Counted from the stretch's first letter, positions 8,797 through 18,506 are shown. The stretch: 34,830 bases of DNA from an uncultured Rhodopirellula sp. (GCA_964007735.1 CAXGAI010000048.1:1-34830); one strand, 5' to 3'. Notes: a model not told the origin generated them from the letters alone. Numbers and translations are program-made.

Positions 8797-10088
8797 TACG
8801 CCTGAAGCTCCGCCACAATGCCTGTACTGTCCCCATGGCTATCAGTCTCTATGCCAACTCCCTGCAGCATCGTGAGCCAAACGTTACAAAGAGGCGTATC
8901 CTCGGGCAAAACCAGATGCTGTCCCAGTTTGAGGTTAGCACCCCCGCCTGTTATCACGGTGGGACAGTTATCAAGAAAGTGGATAGAGCGAATATTTGAA
9001 CCATATGCTAACGCTATATGATCGAAAAGACGGGAACCATCAACCTCTTTTGTAGCCTTAAGCTTATCGATAAATCCAGCCAGAAGTTCACTTTGAGCCT
9101 TGTCACGAGCTTTCGACGCTTCCATTCGCACACCAGGTGTGTAATGACTCATATTGTGCGACGCCACATTAACGGAGATGCTTTGTAGCAGTGATTGCAC
9201 CGGTTGACGGTAAGTCATGACTCGGGTCGTGTCGGTCTGAAAAGCCGCCACCATCAGCTCGTACATGATCTTAATTTCATCATAGCCTCGTAGCCCGGGA
9301 TCGGGTTCCTTGATCGGGGCCGCGGCCTTTGGTATTGTCAGCCACTGTTCATCTTTGCTGAGTTGTGTTTCGATATCGCGTACACCCTGAAAATACTCAT
9401 CCAGCTTGTCTTTATCGGTTTTGGTTAGACCGCGTTGTATGCGGTTGGCCTCAGTGAGAACAGCATCGAGCACACTACGTTTTTCTGCGATAGCGGCCTT
9501 TCGACGGTTAAGCGGTAATTTGTCGGCAGAGAATAATTTATGAAACAGTTCAACAGGGTCGCTCAGGCCAGAAATAGGTTTTCCGTTGGCGTCCCACGAC
9601 AAAGACAGACCTGGGCCATGTCCGGATGCAGTCGCGTCAGTGCTACCAAGCTGTACCGATGAATAACGGGTATTCTGACCGAGCGCCTGAGCAGCGATTT
9701 GATCCGCCGAAATACTGTTCGTCATGCTTTGGCCGGCCACGGAGTAACGATTAGCCCCGGTCAGCCAGAAAGTGCTACCCCAGTGAGCTTCGTTGCTAAA
9801 TTTGTTGGAGCAACCCTGGATCACGGTGAAGTCGTCTTTATGTCGAGTCAGGGGCCTGAGGCCAAGCGGGACGTCGTAGTTAAAGCCTTTTTGGCTCGTC
9901 TCCGGATACCAGGTTTCCTGTGTAACACCGAAGCCAAATCCTAGAAATGCTACTCTTTTGGGAGGCTTCTCAGGCGATGAGTTTGCCGAAGCGGTGAATC
10001 TCGAAAATCCCAGTGATTCGAGAGCGGGCAAGGCCAGCGCAGCGCCAGTGCCTCGTAAAATGTGACGGCGATTGAACTTGGGTTTCAT
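8796..10088 (-). CDS. DUF1552 (HXXSHH-family) protein with Tat signal
   Basis: Twin-arginine leader NRRHILRGTGAALALPALE, plus SISADQIAA, SVLDAV, KLDEYFQGVRDIE, AFQTDTTRV, HNMSHY and TPLCNVWLTML. It lies directly upstream of DUF1592, the usual pairing. Confidence 0.92.
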   Translation of the reverse strand: MKPKFNRRHILRGTGAALALPALESLGFSRFTASANSSPEKPPKRVAFLGFGFGVTQETWYPETSQKGFNYDVPLGLRPLTRHKDDFTVIQGCSNKFSNEAHWGSTFWLTGANRYSVAGQSMTNSISADQIAAQALGQNTRYSSVQLGSTDATASGHGPGLSLSWDANGKPISGLSDPVELFHKLFSADKLPLNRRKAAIAEKRSVLDAVLTEANRIQRGLTKTDKDKLDEYFQGVRDIETQLSKDEQWLTIPKAAAPIKEPDPGLRGYDEIKIMYELMVAAFQTDTTRVMTYRQPVQSLLQSISVNVASHNMSHYTPGVRMEASKARDKAQSELLAGFIDKLKATKEVDGSRLFDHIALAYGSNIRSIHFLDNCPTVITGGGANLKLGQHLVLPEDTPLCNVWLTMLQGVGIETDSHGDSTGIVAELQA

Positions 10089-10126
10089 AACGTAGTGTAT
10101 TTTCGGATGAATGTTCCCAAAAACAC

Positions 10127-10220
10127 ATTATCCTTTGGAGCGGGGTTTTAGGCAACCACAGCTTGGAGTCAGCAAACCTCACATCGGTGTTTGTCAAACG
10201 GTAATCCCATCAGTCATAAT
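10127..10220. promoter_or_regulatory. Divergent promoter region with candidate -10 hexamers
   Basis: GATAAT on the minus strand at 10127-10132 and CATAAT on the plus strand at 10215-10220 sit about 40-50 nt upstream of the two divergent starts. Confidence 0.35.
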
Positions 10221-10270
10221 ATAGGGAATAGACGAACCACTCCATCCTCAATAACCGGCCTTTTAGTTTA

Positions 10271-13200
10271 ATGCCCCGATTTACGGTTTTTTTCGTAACC
10301 ATGCTATCGCTTGTCAGTATGAGTTTGCTGAAGGCGGACGAGAAATTACTGTTTTTTAAACAGCGGATCGAACCGGTTCTTGAGGAGCATTGTTACAGCT
10401 GTCACTCTGCGGCTGCGAATTCGATCAAAGGTGGATTAAGACTGGATACGAGGTCAGCGATACGCAGAGGGGGAGAAAGTGGTCCGGCGGTAGTCCCGGG
10501 GAAGGTGGAGGAAAGCCTGCTTCTTGCGGCCCTTCGGTATGAAGGACTCGAGATGCCGCCCAATGCGCAGTTACCCAATGAAGTTATTCAGGACTTCATA
10601 AAGTGGATTGAATCCGGAGCGGTAGATTCCAGATTAGTTGCAAAGTCAGAAGCCGAACGACGAGAAAAGGCGAAGAGTCATTGGGCATTTCAGCGTATTG
10701 AACGACCGGTAGTACCAGCCAGTAATAGTCGGTGGATTCGTAATGACGTCGATCAGTTTATCCTCAGTAAGTTGCGGGCCGAAGAAGTGAAGCCCTCCCC
10801 GGAGGCGGATCCCCGCACCCTGATTCGTCGCCTCTTTCTGGATTTAATCGGCTTGCCTCCCACGCCCCAAGAGACGCAGGCATTTTTAGATGACCCCAGT
10901 GAAGCGAATTACCAAAAAACGGTCAGTGACTTGTTGGGCTCCCCGCATTACGGAGAACGATGGGGACGGTACTGGCTGGATATGGCGCGCTATGCGGACA
11001 GTAATGGTTATGAGGCAGATCGCCCTCGACCCCATGCCTGGCGTTGGCGTGACTGGGTAATTAATTCACTCAACGATAGTATGCCATTTGATCAGTTTAC
11101 GATTGAGCAGTTAGCCGGGGACCTATTGCCGAATGCAACTTTAGAACAACGTGTGGCTACAGGCTTTAATCGGAATACCTTGGTCAATACGGAGGGCGGA
11201 GTTGACCGGGAAGAAGACCGCGTTAAACGTACGGTCGATCGTACCAATACGGTAGGGAAAGTATGGTTGGGACTCACGTTGGGTTGTACGCAGTGCCACT
11301 CGCATAAATACGATCCTATCACGCAACATGAGTATTACGGCATGTATGCGTTTTTCAACAGTCTGGCTGAACCAGATATTCCGGCACCTACACCGGAACA
11401 GTTATCGGAATTTGAGATTGAGTTTGCTAGGCATCAAGCACGCCATCAACAAAACCTGCATGCTGTACGTGATTATCGCAGTGAAAAGATGAGCCAATGG
11501 GAACAAGATTTAAGTGAGCAGTTGAATTCGGCTATTGAAGCAGACCCTGATCGCGTGGATAACCGTTTTGATAAGACCTGGGAGCTTGTGAACCCTTTAT
11601 CGTTATCCGCAACGTCCGGATCGCAGTTTTTCGTTGAGGATGATCTGGCGGTGTTTGTAAAAGGGCCGAACGATCAGGAAGACACCTACACGATTGTTAC
11701 GGAGACGAGTTTAAGTGGAATTACAGCAATAAGGCTGGAAGTATTGGCTGATGAGAGACTCGCGGCCAAAGGTCCTGGCCTTGCTGGTAATGGTAACTTC
11801 GTGCTCAGCAGCCTTCGCGTCTATGTTGAACCGGTCAGCGATAATGATGACCGTAATATGGGGCAACGTATACGCTTAAAAACTGCCCGTGCTGATTTCT
11901 CTCAGGGGGGGCGCCAGGTTACCTCAGTAATAGGGGATGATCCCGCCGACGGCTGGGCAATTTATCCGGATGTTGGAGTGGATCACTATGCAGTGTTTGA
12001 GCTTCGTGAAAAGATCAACCCCGTTGGCGATAGCGAACCGGTTCGCATCACGATACAGATGGACCATCAGACTCACAAGGACCATAATATCGGGAAATTT
12101 AGGTTGTCTTTCACCACACACAAACACCCTGTTCCGGACGGACTTGAGACAACGGCCTTCAGTGATCTGTTATCGTCGGATATCAATACCCGAAGAGGTG
12201 AAGATGTGATCCGGTTAGTAAAGTACTTTGGCTATCGTGAAACAGAATTGGATAAATTGATAGATGCAGTCAAGTCGCATCAAGAGTCCTTTCCCAGATC
12301 ACCAAAGATCGAAATCAAAGCTCAGGTGGTTATGGAAATGCCGAATCCGAGAACCACTCAGGTTCATGTTCGGGGAAGTTTCCTAGATAAAGGTGATTTG
12401 GTCACGCGGACCACGCCCTCGATCCTTCCCGAATTGGTAACCGGCAATCGAGAACCGAGTCGTTTAGACTTAGCAAGATGGCTGGTTAGCAGCGAAAACC
12501 CACTGACCGCGCGGGTTATCGTTAATCGTATCTGGCAACAACATTTTGGTCGCGGGATTGTAGTGAGTGACGATGACTTTGGGACCCAGGGTGAACCGCC
12601 TACTCATCCGGAACTACTGGACTGGCTAGCCGCAGAATTCCGTGAAACCGGCTGGAACATGAAACAACTACATCGCCTGATTGTTACGTCGGCCACGTGG
12701 CGGCAATCATCATTTTCCCGGCCGGAACTTAAAGAAAGGGATCCGTACAACAGTTGGCTTGCGCGACAGAATCGATTACGTGTTGAGGCTGAAATTATTA
12801 GAGACATGGCATTGTCAGCATCGGGTTTGATTTTTCATAAGATTGGCGGGCGGAGCGTCTATCCTCCACAGCCCGCAGATCTGGTAAAACTTGGTTTTCA
12901 GACCAGCCTTAGCTGGCCAGAAAACCAAGATCAAAACCGATATAGACGTGGTATCTACACATTTTTTCAGCGCACCGTGCCCTATCCCATGTTGATAGAA
13001 TTTGATGCGGCCGATTCCAATGCAGCCTGTACCCGACGGGAACGCTCAAATACACCGCTGCAGGCGTTGACCTTATGGAATGATCCGGTGTTTGTTGAGT
13101 GTGCCCAACATCTGGGTGCAAGGCTATTGAAGGAAGTGCCAGCAGACGGGGACAACGCTGTGAATGTAATTGAGAAACGCATTCGGTTGGCCTATGAGTT

Positions 13201-13357
13201 ATGCTTTTCGCGACCGCCGTCGAAGGAAGAACTGCAGGTGGTGGGGCGTTTGTATAAAGAAGCTGCCGATAAGGACGGGGTACAGACCGACCTGGTCGCC
13301 GCTTTTGCTGTAGCACGCGTCCTGTTGAATCTTGATGAGTTTATCACCAGAGAATAA
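10271..13357 (+). CDS. Planctomycete cytochrome c (PSCyt1) + DUF1549 + DUF1553 (PSD1) protein
   Basis: Signal peptide, then CYSCH...GGLRLD...MPP. DUF1549 motifs are HWAF, LIRRLFLDLIGLPPT, HYGERWGRYWLDMARYADS and CTQCHSHKYDPI. DUF1553 motifs are NPLTARVIVNRIWQQHFGRG, PTHPELLDWLA and NTPLQAL. A central beta-rich insert reads ITAIRLE...GNFVLS. Confidence 0.93.
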   Translation: MPRFTVFFVTMLSLVSMSLLKADEKLLFFKQRIEPVLEEHCYSCHSAAANSIKGGLRLDTRSAIRRGGESGPAVVPGKVEESLLLAALRYEGLEMPPNAQLPNEVIQDFIKWIESGAVDSRLVAKSEAERREKAKSHWAFQRIERPVVPASNSRWIRNDVDQFILSKLRAEEVKPSPEADPRTLIRRLFLDLIGLPPTPQETQAFLDDPSEANYQKTVSDLLGSPHYGERWGRYWLDMARYADSNGYEADRPRPHAWRWRDWVINSLNDSMPFDQFTIEQLAGDLLPNATLEQRVATGFNRNTLVNTEGGVDREEDRVKRTVDRTNTVGKVWLGLTLGCTQCHSHKYDPITQHEYYGMYAFFNSLAEPDIPAPTPEQLSEFEIEFARHQARHQQNLHAVRDYRSEKMSQWEQDLSEQLNSAIEADPDRVDNRFDKTWELVNPLSLSATSGSQFFVEDDLAVFVKGPNDQEDTYTIVTETSLSGITAIRLEVLADERLAAKGPGLAGNGNFVLSSLRVYVEPVSDNDDRNMGQRIRLKTARADFSQGGRQVTSVIGDDPADGWAIYPDVGVDHYAVFELREKINPVGDSEPVRITIQMDHQTHKDHNIGKFRLSFTTHKHPVPDGLETTAFSDLLSSDINTRRGEDVIRLVKYFGYRETELDKLIDAVKSHQESFPRSPKIEIKAQVVMEMPNPRTTQVHVRGSFLDKGDLVTRTTPSILPELVTGNREPSRLDLARWLVSSENPLTARVIVNRIWQQHFGRGIVVSDDDFGTQGEPPTHPELLDWLAAEFRETGWNMKQLHRLIVTSATWRQSSFSRPELKERDPYNSWLARQNRLRVEAEIIRDMALSASGLIFHKIGGRSVYPPQPADLVKLGFQTSLSWPENQDQNRYRRGIYTFFQRTVPYPMLIEFDAADSNAACTRRERSNTPLQALTLWNDPVFVECAQHLGARLLKEVPADGDNAVNVIEKRIRLAYELCFSRPPSKEELQVVGRLYKEAADKDGVQTDLVAAFAVARVLLNLDEFITRE

Positions 13358-13370
13358 GGAAGGGGAGTGA

Positions 13371-14828
13371 TTGATGAACAGCCAATTGTTAAGGCGTCAC
13401 TTCTTTACAAGTAGTGCCAGTGGTATTGGCGCATTGGCATTAAGTTCGTTACTCGGCGACGATGGTCTACTCGCAGCCCAAAGTGGTCGTGAGCGTACCG
13501 GCCCTGATTTCGCACCCAGGGCAAAACGTTGTATTTTCATCTTTCTGGCAGGCGCGCCAAGTCAACTCGATCTATTAGATCCAAAGCCTGAACTGGTTAA
13601 GCGGGATGGGCAGTTGTTGCCGGCATCGGTCTCCGATGGGGTTCGTCTGGCATTTACCGACGCGAGCAAGGCAAAATTAAAAGGAAGCCCACGGACCTTC
13701 GTAAGACATGGCGAGTGTGGAACAGAGTTTTCGGATCGCCTGCCGCATATTGGTCGGTCTGCGGATGATATTGCCGTTGTGCGGTCAATGCATACGGACG
13801 AATTTAACCACCATCCGGCACAGCTGATGATGAATTGTGGGGTGGGACGGCTAGGTAGACCAAGTGTTGGATCCTGGGTGACATATGGCCTCGGATCGGA
13901 GACTCAAAATCTGCCCGGTTATGTGGTGTTATCAGCAGGGACTGGCGCCAGTGGTGGTACGTCCAACTGGAGCAGTGGGTTCCTGCCATCTACTTACCGC
14001 GGCGTGGTGTTTCGTGGTCAGGGTGATCCGGTGCTCAATCTGAGATCTCCATCCGGTGTGACGAAGGCGGAGCAGCGGTCTAGTCTGGAGGCGATTGCTA
14101 AGCTAAACGCCAAGCGATTTGAGCTGACCGGCGATTCGGAAATTGCGAACCGCATTGCGTCTTATGAACTGGCTTTTCGAATGCAGTCAGCGGCCCCGGA
14201 CCTCCTGGATCTTTCCGGTGAGACGCAGGCCACGCTGGACAGTTATGGGCTGGATCGGAAGGAGCCGGAGAATAATCGTTTTCGCGGGTATACAGGCAAT
14301 GCACACGCAATGATGAGTCGTAATTGCCTGCTGGCACGACGAATGATCGAGCGTGGCGTAAGATTTGTAAATTTATATCATGCCTCGTGGGATCATCATG
14401 ATGGGCTGGATAAGGATTTAGAATATAACTGTAGCGTGATTGACCAGCCGATCGGGGCATTGCTTGAGGATCTCAAGCAGCGGGGGCTGTTGGACGAGAC
14501 GTTGGTTGTGTGTACAGGAGAGTTTGGGAGGACGCCGATTGCCGATACACATGAAGGTAACGGACAGAAACCGGGGCGTGATCATCATCGTTATGCATTT
14601 AGTTTATGGATGGCCGGTGGCGGGGTGAAACCTGGTCAGGTTGTCGGACGGACGGACGACATTGGCTGGGCACCGGTTGAAGACGGTGTGCACATTAATG
14701 ATTTTCATGCCACCCTGCTCCACCTCTTTGGTCTGGATCATCTTAAGCTTTCAAAACGATTTGGAGGCTTTGATATTCGCCTCACTAATGTTGGCGGAAA
14801 CGTCGTCGAAAAACTGCTGCAGGCCTAG
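13371..14828 (+). CDS. DUF1501 protein with Tat signal
   Basis: LRRHFF leader, plus AKRCIFIFLAGAPSQLDLLDPKP, RPSVGSWVTYGLG, YELAFRMQ, CLLARRMIERGVRFV, WDHH, GEFGRTP and GRDHH. A strong purine-rich RBS precedes it. The start is TTG 13371 or ATG 13374. Confidence 0.93.
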   Translation: MMNSQLLRRHFFTSSASGIGALALSSLLGDDGLLAAQSGRERTGPDFAPRAKRCIFIFLAGAPSQLDLLDPKPELVKRDGQLLPASVSDGVRLAFTDASKAKLKGSPRTFVRHGECGTEFSDRLPHIGRSADDIAVVRSMHTDEFNHHPAQLMMNCGVGRLGRPSVGSWVTYGLGSETQNLPGYVVLSAGTGASGGTSNWSSGFLPSTYRGVVFRGQGDPVLNLRSPSGVTKAEQRSSLEAIAKLNAKRFELTGDSEIANRIASYELAFRMQSAAPDLLDLSGETQATLDSYGLDRKEPENNRFRGYTGNAHAMMSRNCLLARRMIERGVRFVNLYHASWDHHDGLDKDLEYNCSVIDQPIGALLEDLKQRGLLDETLVVCTGEFGRTPIADTHEGNGQKPGRDHHRYAFSLWMAGGGVKPGQVVGRTDDIGWAPVEDGVHINDFHATLLHLFGLDHLKLSKRFGGFDIRLTNVGGNVVEKLLQA

Positions 14829-14884
14829 TGATACGACCGTCAACCGAGACTGTTGCCGAATGAAGTGATGTCCTTTAGCACTGC

Positions 14885-15352
14885 TCATTCGCCGAGTTTA
14901 TTTAACTCGCCATAAAAGGTTCTCAGTCGTTGTTCTATTTCCTCAGCCTTGGAGTCATAACTCGCTGCTTCCGTACGTTTTCCTTGTGAAGTAAGTGCAA
15001 GCGCGAGCGCTCGGTAAGATGATGCGAGTGGAATTGCGTATTCCGGATTATCAGGATCTCGCTCGGCCTTTTTCTCCTTTATCTGGACATCCTTTCGGTA
15101 TAGATAAAGTGCATTATGGTACTTACTCAAGTACCACGCTCCGACAACGGCGCAAAAGATTCCGATTAGCAGTAAACCAAGATGATGCGACACGAAACTA
15201 AAAAACTCATAGAACGTCCCGGCCCCGGAACCGAAGTAAAGGCAAAAGAACAAAACGAACAGGGACACTTGCAAAATCCTGAACTTAGTCCAATGGATGT
15301 TCAGAAACCGATGCTTCAGGAATTCCAGTGCGATCTTAGGTATGTCAGGCAT
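14885..15352 (-). CDS. Hypothetical membrane protein: 2 TM helices + single TPR-like repeat
   Basis: Two hydrophobic stretches (ILQVSLFVLFFCLYFG and LGLLLIGIFCAVVGAWYL) are followed by DPDNPEYAIPLASSYRALALALTSQGKRTEAASY, which is TPR-like. A TATAAT lies upstream. Confidence 0.6.
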   Translation of the reverse strand: MPDIPKIALEFLKHRFLNIHWTKFRILQVSLFVLFFCLYFGSGAGTFYEFFSFVSHHLGLLLIGIFCAVVGAWYLSKYHNALYLYRKDVQIKEKKAERDPDNPEYAIPLASSYRALALALTSQGKRTEAASYDSKAEEIEQRLRTFYGELNKLGE

Positions 15353-15427
15353 AAAAGCGTCACCGTGCTGGTCAAGTGAGTAGTGGGTGCCTAGTACATT
15401 CCTAGTCTTAAGTTTAACAGAGAGTGA

Positions 15428-15433
15428 ATTATA
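15428..15433 (-). promoter_or_regulatory. Candidate -10 element TATAAT
   Basis: Exact TATAAT on the minus strand about 75 nt upstream of the ATG at 15352. Confidence 0.4.
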
Positions 15434-15446
15434 TCCGGTCGACCAA

Positions 15447-16928
15447 TCAGTCTGTTTTCTTCAAACTGACCCGTGTATATGGGCTGGAGATATAGGTCTT
15501 GTAAAGCCGCCCCTGATAATCAAAGGTTTTTCGATGATTGGTGAAGATGTCAATGCGTGACGCTGACGAATCGAGTGCGATTTCCGTCCGCCAGATTCCG
15601 CTGCTCGCATCACCGGACATCGGCTTCGTGTGATCTTCCGGTATAAGTTGCTGTAAGTATTGTGGGCTCCCATCCGGATAACGGTTATAAATCCACCAGA
15701 TCCGACCTGTTTCCTCACCGGCCCCTTTAGGGAAACGAACGGTTACGTGCAGACTACCGTCGAGAACCTCTGTTTCGACCTCGGGAGGAGCCAGCATGGG
15801 GCTATTAAATTCCTCGGGGAAAAAATGCTGAAGCAGCAAAACAGTTTTGTTCTGCTGGTCACGTTCGGTTTGAGGGTGGCCTTTTTTACCATGGCCGCTG
15901 TTTGCTCCCAGATAGACCGGTATTGAAGGGTGATTCGCTCCACCCCATGCCAAGTCGTAAGCTACCATGTCGTGAGTGCCGGGATGGAACAACATAGAAA
16001 CATTTCGATCACGCAAGGCCTTTAGGTTTCGAGAAATAAAAACCTGACTCGAAATACCGCGGGTGAAATCCTGTAATTCCTTCCATGTATGTCCAGACTC
16101 TAACGCCCGTCGATTGAAGTTAGGCCCAAAGTGGCCACCGGAAAATCCTCGCTGCCCTCCGCCCACGGCGACATGTTGTTCCCATGCCTTTGTATCACAT
16201 AGTCGAAGTGGTGATTCCCAGATCGGAGAGACGGTGGCGTGTAGGGCTGTCATGCGATTGTCATGGATAATAGCCATCGAAGGGGAAGCGCCGTTTTTAG
16301 AACCGCCGGAGACGGCGACCTTGCCGCGGTGGAAGTGATCCGTTTCGGCATAGGCGGCTGTGATCGCCCGCATCAACGTAGCAGGCCAGGCCCAGTATTG
16401 GATTTTATGGCGAGCATTAAGTGAGCTGGCGAAACGCCTTTCGGATTCGCCGCCAAGTCTTGCTTGTCCGTAGGAACCGGGCTCCTGCACAACGGTCATC
16501 ACTAACCCCACACCCCCTTTGAGTAGTTCCAGATTGGTACCCCCGGGCCTTACAGGCTGCTCCAGCCGAGCAGGCGTGTTGCCACCGGTGAGATGGAATC
16601 CACGTGCTTTTCGGTCGGCGGGTACCACCATCCGAATCGGAATGCGATAGTCCTGGCCGGGCCATATTTGTCCGACGTTAATGGTGACCAGTAGCTGGCG
16701 GGTGGCTATCATCCCCGGCACGGTTTTCCATGGCTGAAGGATTCGCGTCTCCAGTGTGTTAGCATCGCGAATCGCTTCCATGTCAAATATATCGGCTGTG
16801 TACGCTTCAGTTGACGCAAGCCATAGACCGACGCAAAGCAACAGCATGGATACCTTCGGACTGTAGTGCCGGAGAATCAGGCAACCGGTGGATAGTTTGT
16901 TTGGGTGCTGGAGGGTTAAGCCGGTCAT
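15447..16928 (-). CDS. Secreted alpha/beta-hydrolase-fold protein, divergent PqaA-like
   Basis: Nucleophile-elbow-like VAVSGGSKNG (16290-16307), with later PGTHD and NSGH as putative Asp and His. The motif order parallels the PqaA domain in 18877..22629. I moved the start from the TTG at 17114 (which overlaps DUF1501) to the ATG at 16928, which has GGAG 10 nt upstream. The ATG at 16847 is an alternative. Confidence 0.65.
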   Translation of the reverse strand: MTGLTLQHPNKLSTGCLILRHYSPKVSMLLLCVGLWLASTEAYTADIFDMEAIRDANTLETRILQPWKTVPGMIATRQLLVTINVGQIWPGQDYRIPIRMVVPADRKARGFHLTGGNTPARLEQPVRPGGTNLELLKGGVGLVMTVVQEPGSYGQARLGGESERRFASSLNARHKIQYWAWPATLMRAITAAYAETDHFHRGKVAVSGGSKNGASPSMAIIHDNRMTALHATVSPIWESPLRLCDTKAWEQHVAVGGGQRGFSGGHFGPNFNRRALESGHTWKELQDFTRGISSQVFISRNLKALRDRNVSMLFHPGTHDMVAYDLAWGGANHPSIPVYLGANSGHGKKGHPQTERDQQNKTVLLLQHFFPEEFNSPMLAPPEVETEVLDGSLHVTVRFPKGAGEETGRIWWIYNRYPDGSPQYLQQLIPEDHTKPMSGDASSGIWRTEIALDSSASRIDIFTNHRKTFDYQGRLYKTYISSPYTRVSLKKTD

Positions 16929-17061
16929 CGAGTATTTACTCCGTATGCTGCTCTTTGTTGCGAGTAATAGGTAATAAATGATACCTAGACAATATAGCCG
17001 AAGGTGAAGTGTTCGGTAGTATTGGTTGAATTGAGTTCTTCGCGTCGAATTTAGTGAGGAT

Positions 17062-18450
17062 TTAGCCGAACAAATCCAGTACGGGAGATCCTGTTGAAAG
17101 TTGATGAGATTCATGTCGGCCCTCTATGACTGTATGAGGGTCAATTCCCAAGGCATCATAAATTGTCGCACTAAAATCAGCCGGAGATACCGGGTTCTCC
17201 GTTACGTATTCGGCAAACCGATCGGTTTTACCATAAACGCTGCCACCATTTACACCGGCACCGGCAAGCAGCAGTGTAAATGCGTGAGGCCAATGTTCTC
17301 TACCGGGCGTTTCAAAAATCGAGCTGATTCGGGGGCTACGCCCAAATTCACCCATCCAGATCACCAAAGTATCATCGAGCAAACCGCGGTCATTCATATC
17401 CTCTAGCAAGGCCGCAAACGTCCGATCTGCCCGTGGTAGTAAGCTATCCTTGATCAAAGGAAAGTGATTGCGGTGCGTGTCCCAGGGATTATTCGCAAGC
17501 ATCGGTTCCCAACTTGGACCCCAATCCTGCATTTCCTTCCCCCAATAGACCGTGACAAACCGAGCACCGGCTTCAACTAACCGTCGTGCTAGCAACGTTG
17601 ATTGCCCATGTCGGTCGCGGCCATACAATGCATGCGTTTGTTCGGATTCTTTGGACAGATCAAAAGCCTCTTGGATGGACGATTGCTCAAGTATCCCCAA
17701 CACTCGTCGTTGCAATGCCTGAAATTCACTGGATTCCCGCACATTCGTATTCAGTGAACGATTCTGCAGTTTTCCAAGCAGATCGAACCGCTGTCGTAAG
17801 TCCATTTTCGTAACGCTGGCCAGCTGTCCAAGATCGGGTGGAATAACCTGGCCGCTGCGTGTTACATGTACCGGAAAAGGATTCCAACGAGCTCCAAGCC
17901 TGCCGGCATTTTGACCTGGCAGCATGCGCGCCTCAATTCGCATTGGCTCTGGGATTGCAATGGATGCAGGAAGCGTTGTCGGATCCTTGTCTGCTTTGTA
18001 AAAACTACTGGCGATGTGTGGATGGTCAGTTGGCTCCACTTTTAAGCCGCCTGCTTTGATATTATGTCGATAACCGGTCAGCATGTGATAGACAGCCTGG
18101 TCATGCGGGATATCTTTATGCGTCATGGATCGAACCTGGGCGACATGATGCATTTGCTTAGCCACCTTAGGTAGATAATCCCCAACAACAACGCCCGGAA
18201 CGGAGGTTTGAATTGGCGAACCCGGCCCTCTGATCTCAGCCGGTGCATTGGGCTTCAGATCGAATAAGTCAATGTGAGATGGCCCACCATCCATGTGGAG
18301 TAATAAGACGGACTTCGCGCGGGCGTTCCGGCTATTTGGCTTTGCTCCAGCAAGCGGATCCAGCAAACTCAGAGAGGAGACAGCACTTCCAGCGAGAGCA
18401 GCGGCCTGTCGGCGATTCAGGATCATCGGTTGTTTGGGTTCTCGAGTCAT
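17062..18450 (-). CDS. DUF1501 protein with Tat signal (second paralog)
   Basis: NRRQAA leader, plus AKSVLLLHMDGGPSHIDLFDLKP, EIRGP..PIQTSVPG, LLARRLVEAGARFV, WDTH, GEFGRSP and GREHWP. Confidence 0.92.
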   Translation of the reverse strand: MTREPKQPMILNRRQAAALAGSAVSSLSLLDPLAGAKPNSRNARAKSVLLLHMDGGPSHIDLFDLKPNAPAEIRGPGSPIQTSVPGVVVGDYLPKVAKQMHHVAQVRSMTHKDIPHDQAVYHMLTGYRHNIKAGGLKVEPTDHPHIASSFYKADKDPTTLPASIAIPEPMRIEARMLPGQNAGRLGARWNPFPVHVTRSGQVIPPDLGQLASVTKMDLRQRFDLLGKLQNRSLNTNVRESSEFQALQRRVLGILEQSSIQEAFDLSKESEQTHALYGRDRHGQSTLLARRLVEAGARFVTVYWGKEMQDWGPSWEPMLANNPWDTHRNHFPLIKDSLLPRADRTFAALLEDMNDRGLLDDTLVIWMGEFGRSPRISSIFETPGREHWPHAFTLLLAGAGVNGGSVYGKTDRFAEYVTENPVSPADFSATIYDALGIDPHTVIEGRHESHQLSTGSPVLDLFG

Positions 18451-18500
18451 TCAGGGTTCGGTCATCTTCACCGAGTGTCATTTAGAAACTAACCTTGGAT

Positions 18501-18506
18501 ATTATA
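18501..18506 (-). promoter_or_regulatory. Candidate -10 element TATAAT for the second DUF1501 gene
   Basis: The minus strand reads tcggTATAATatcc, 50 nt upstream of the ATG at 18450. Confidence 0.45.

Noticed and set aside
16929..17114. N-terminal 62 aa of the 555-aa ORF-track call
   Set aside because: It starts at a TTG inside the DUF1501 gene and reads like translated intergenic DNA. The ATG at 16928 has a GGAG RBS and leads to a plausible signal peptide.
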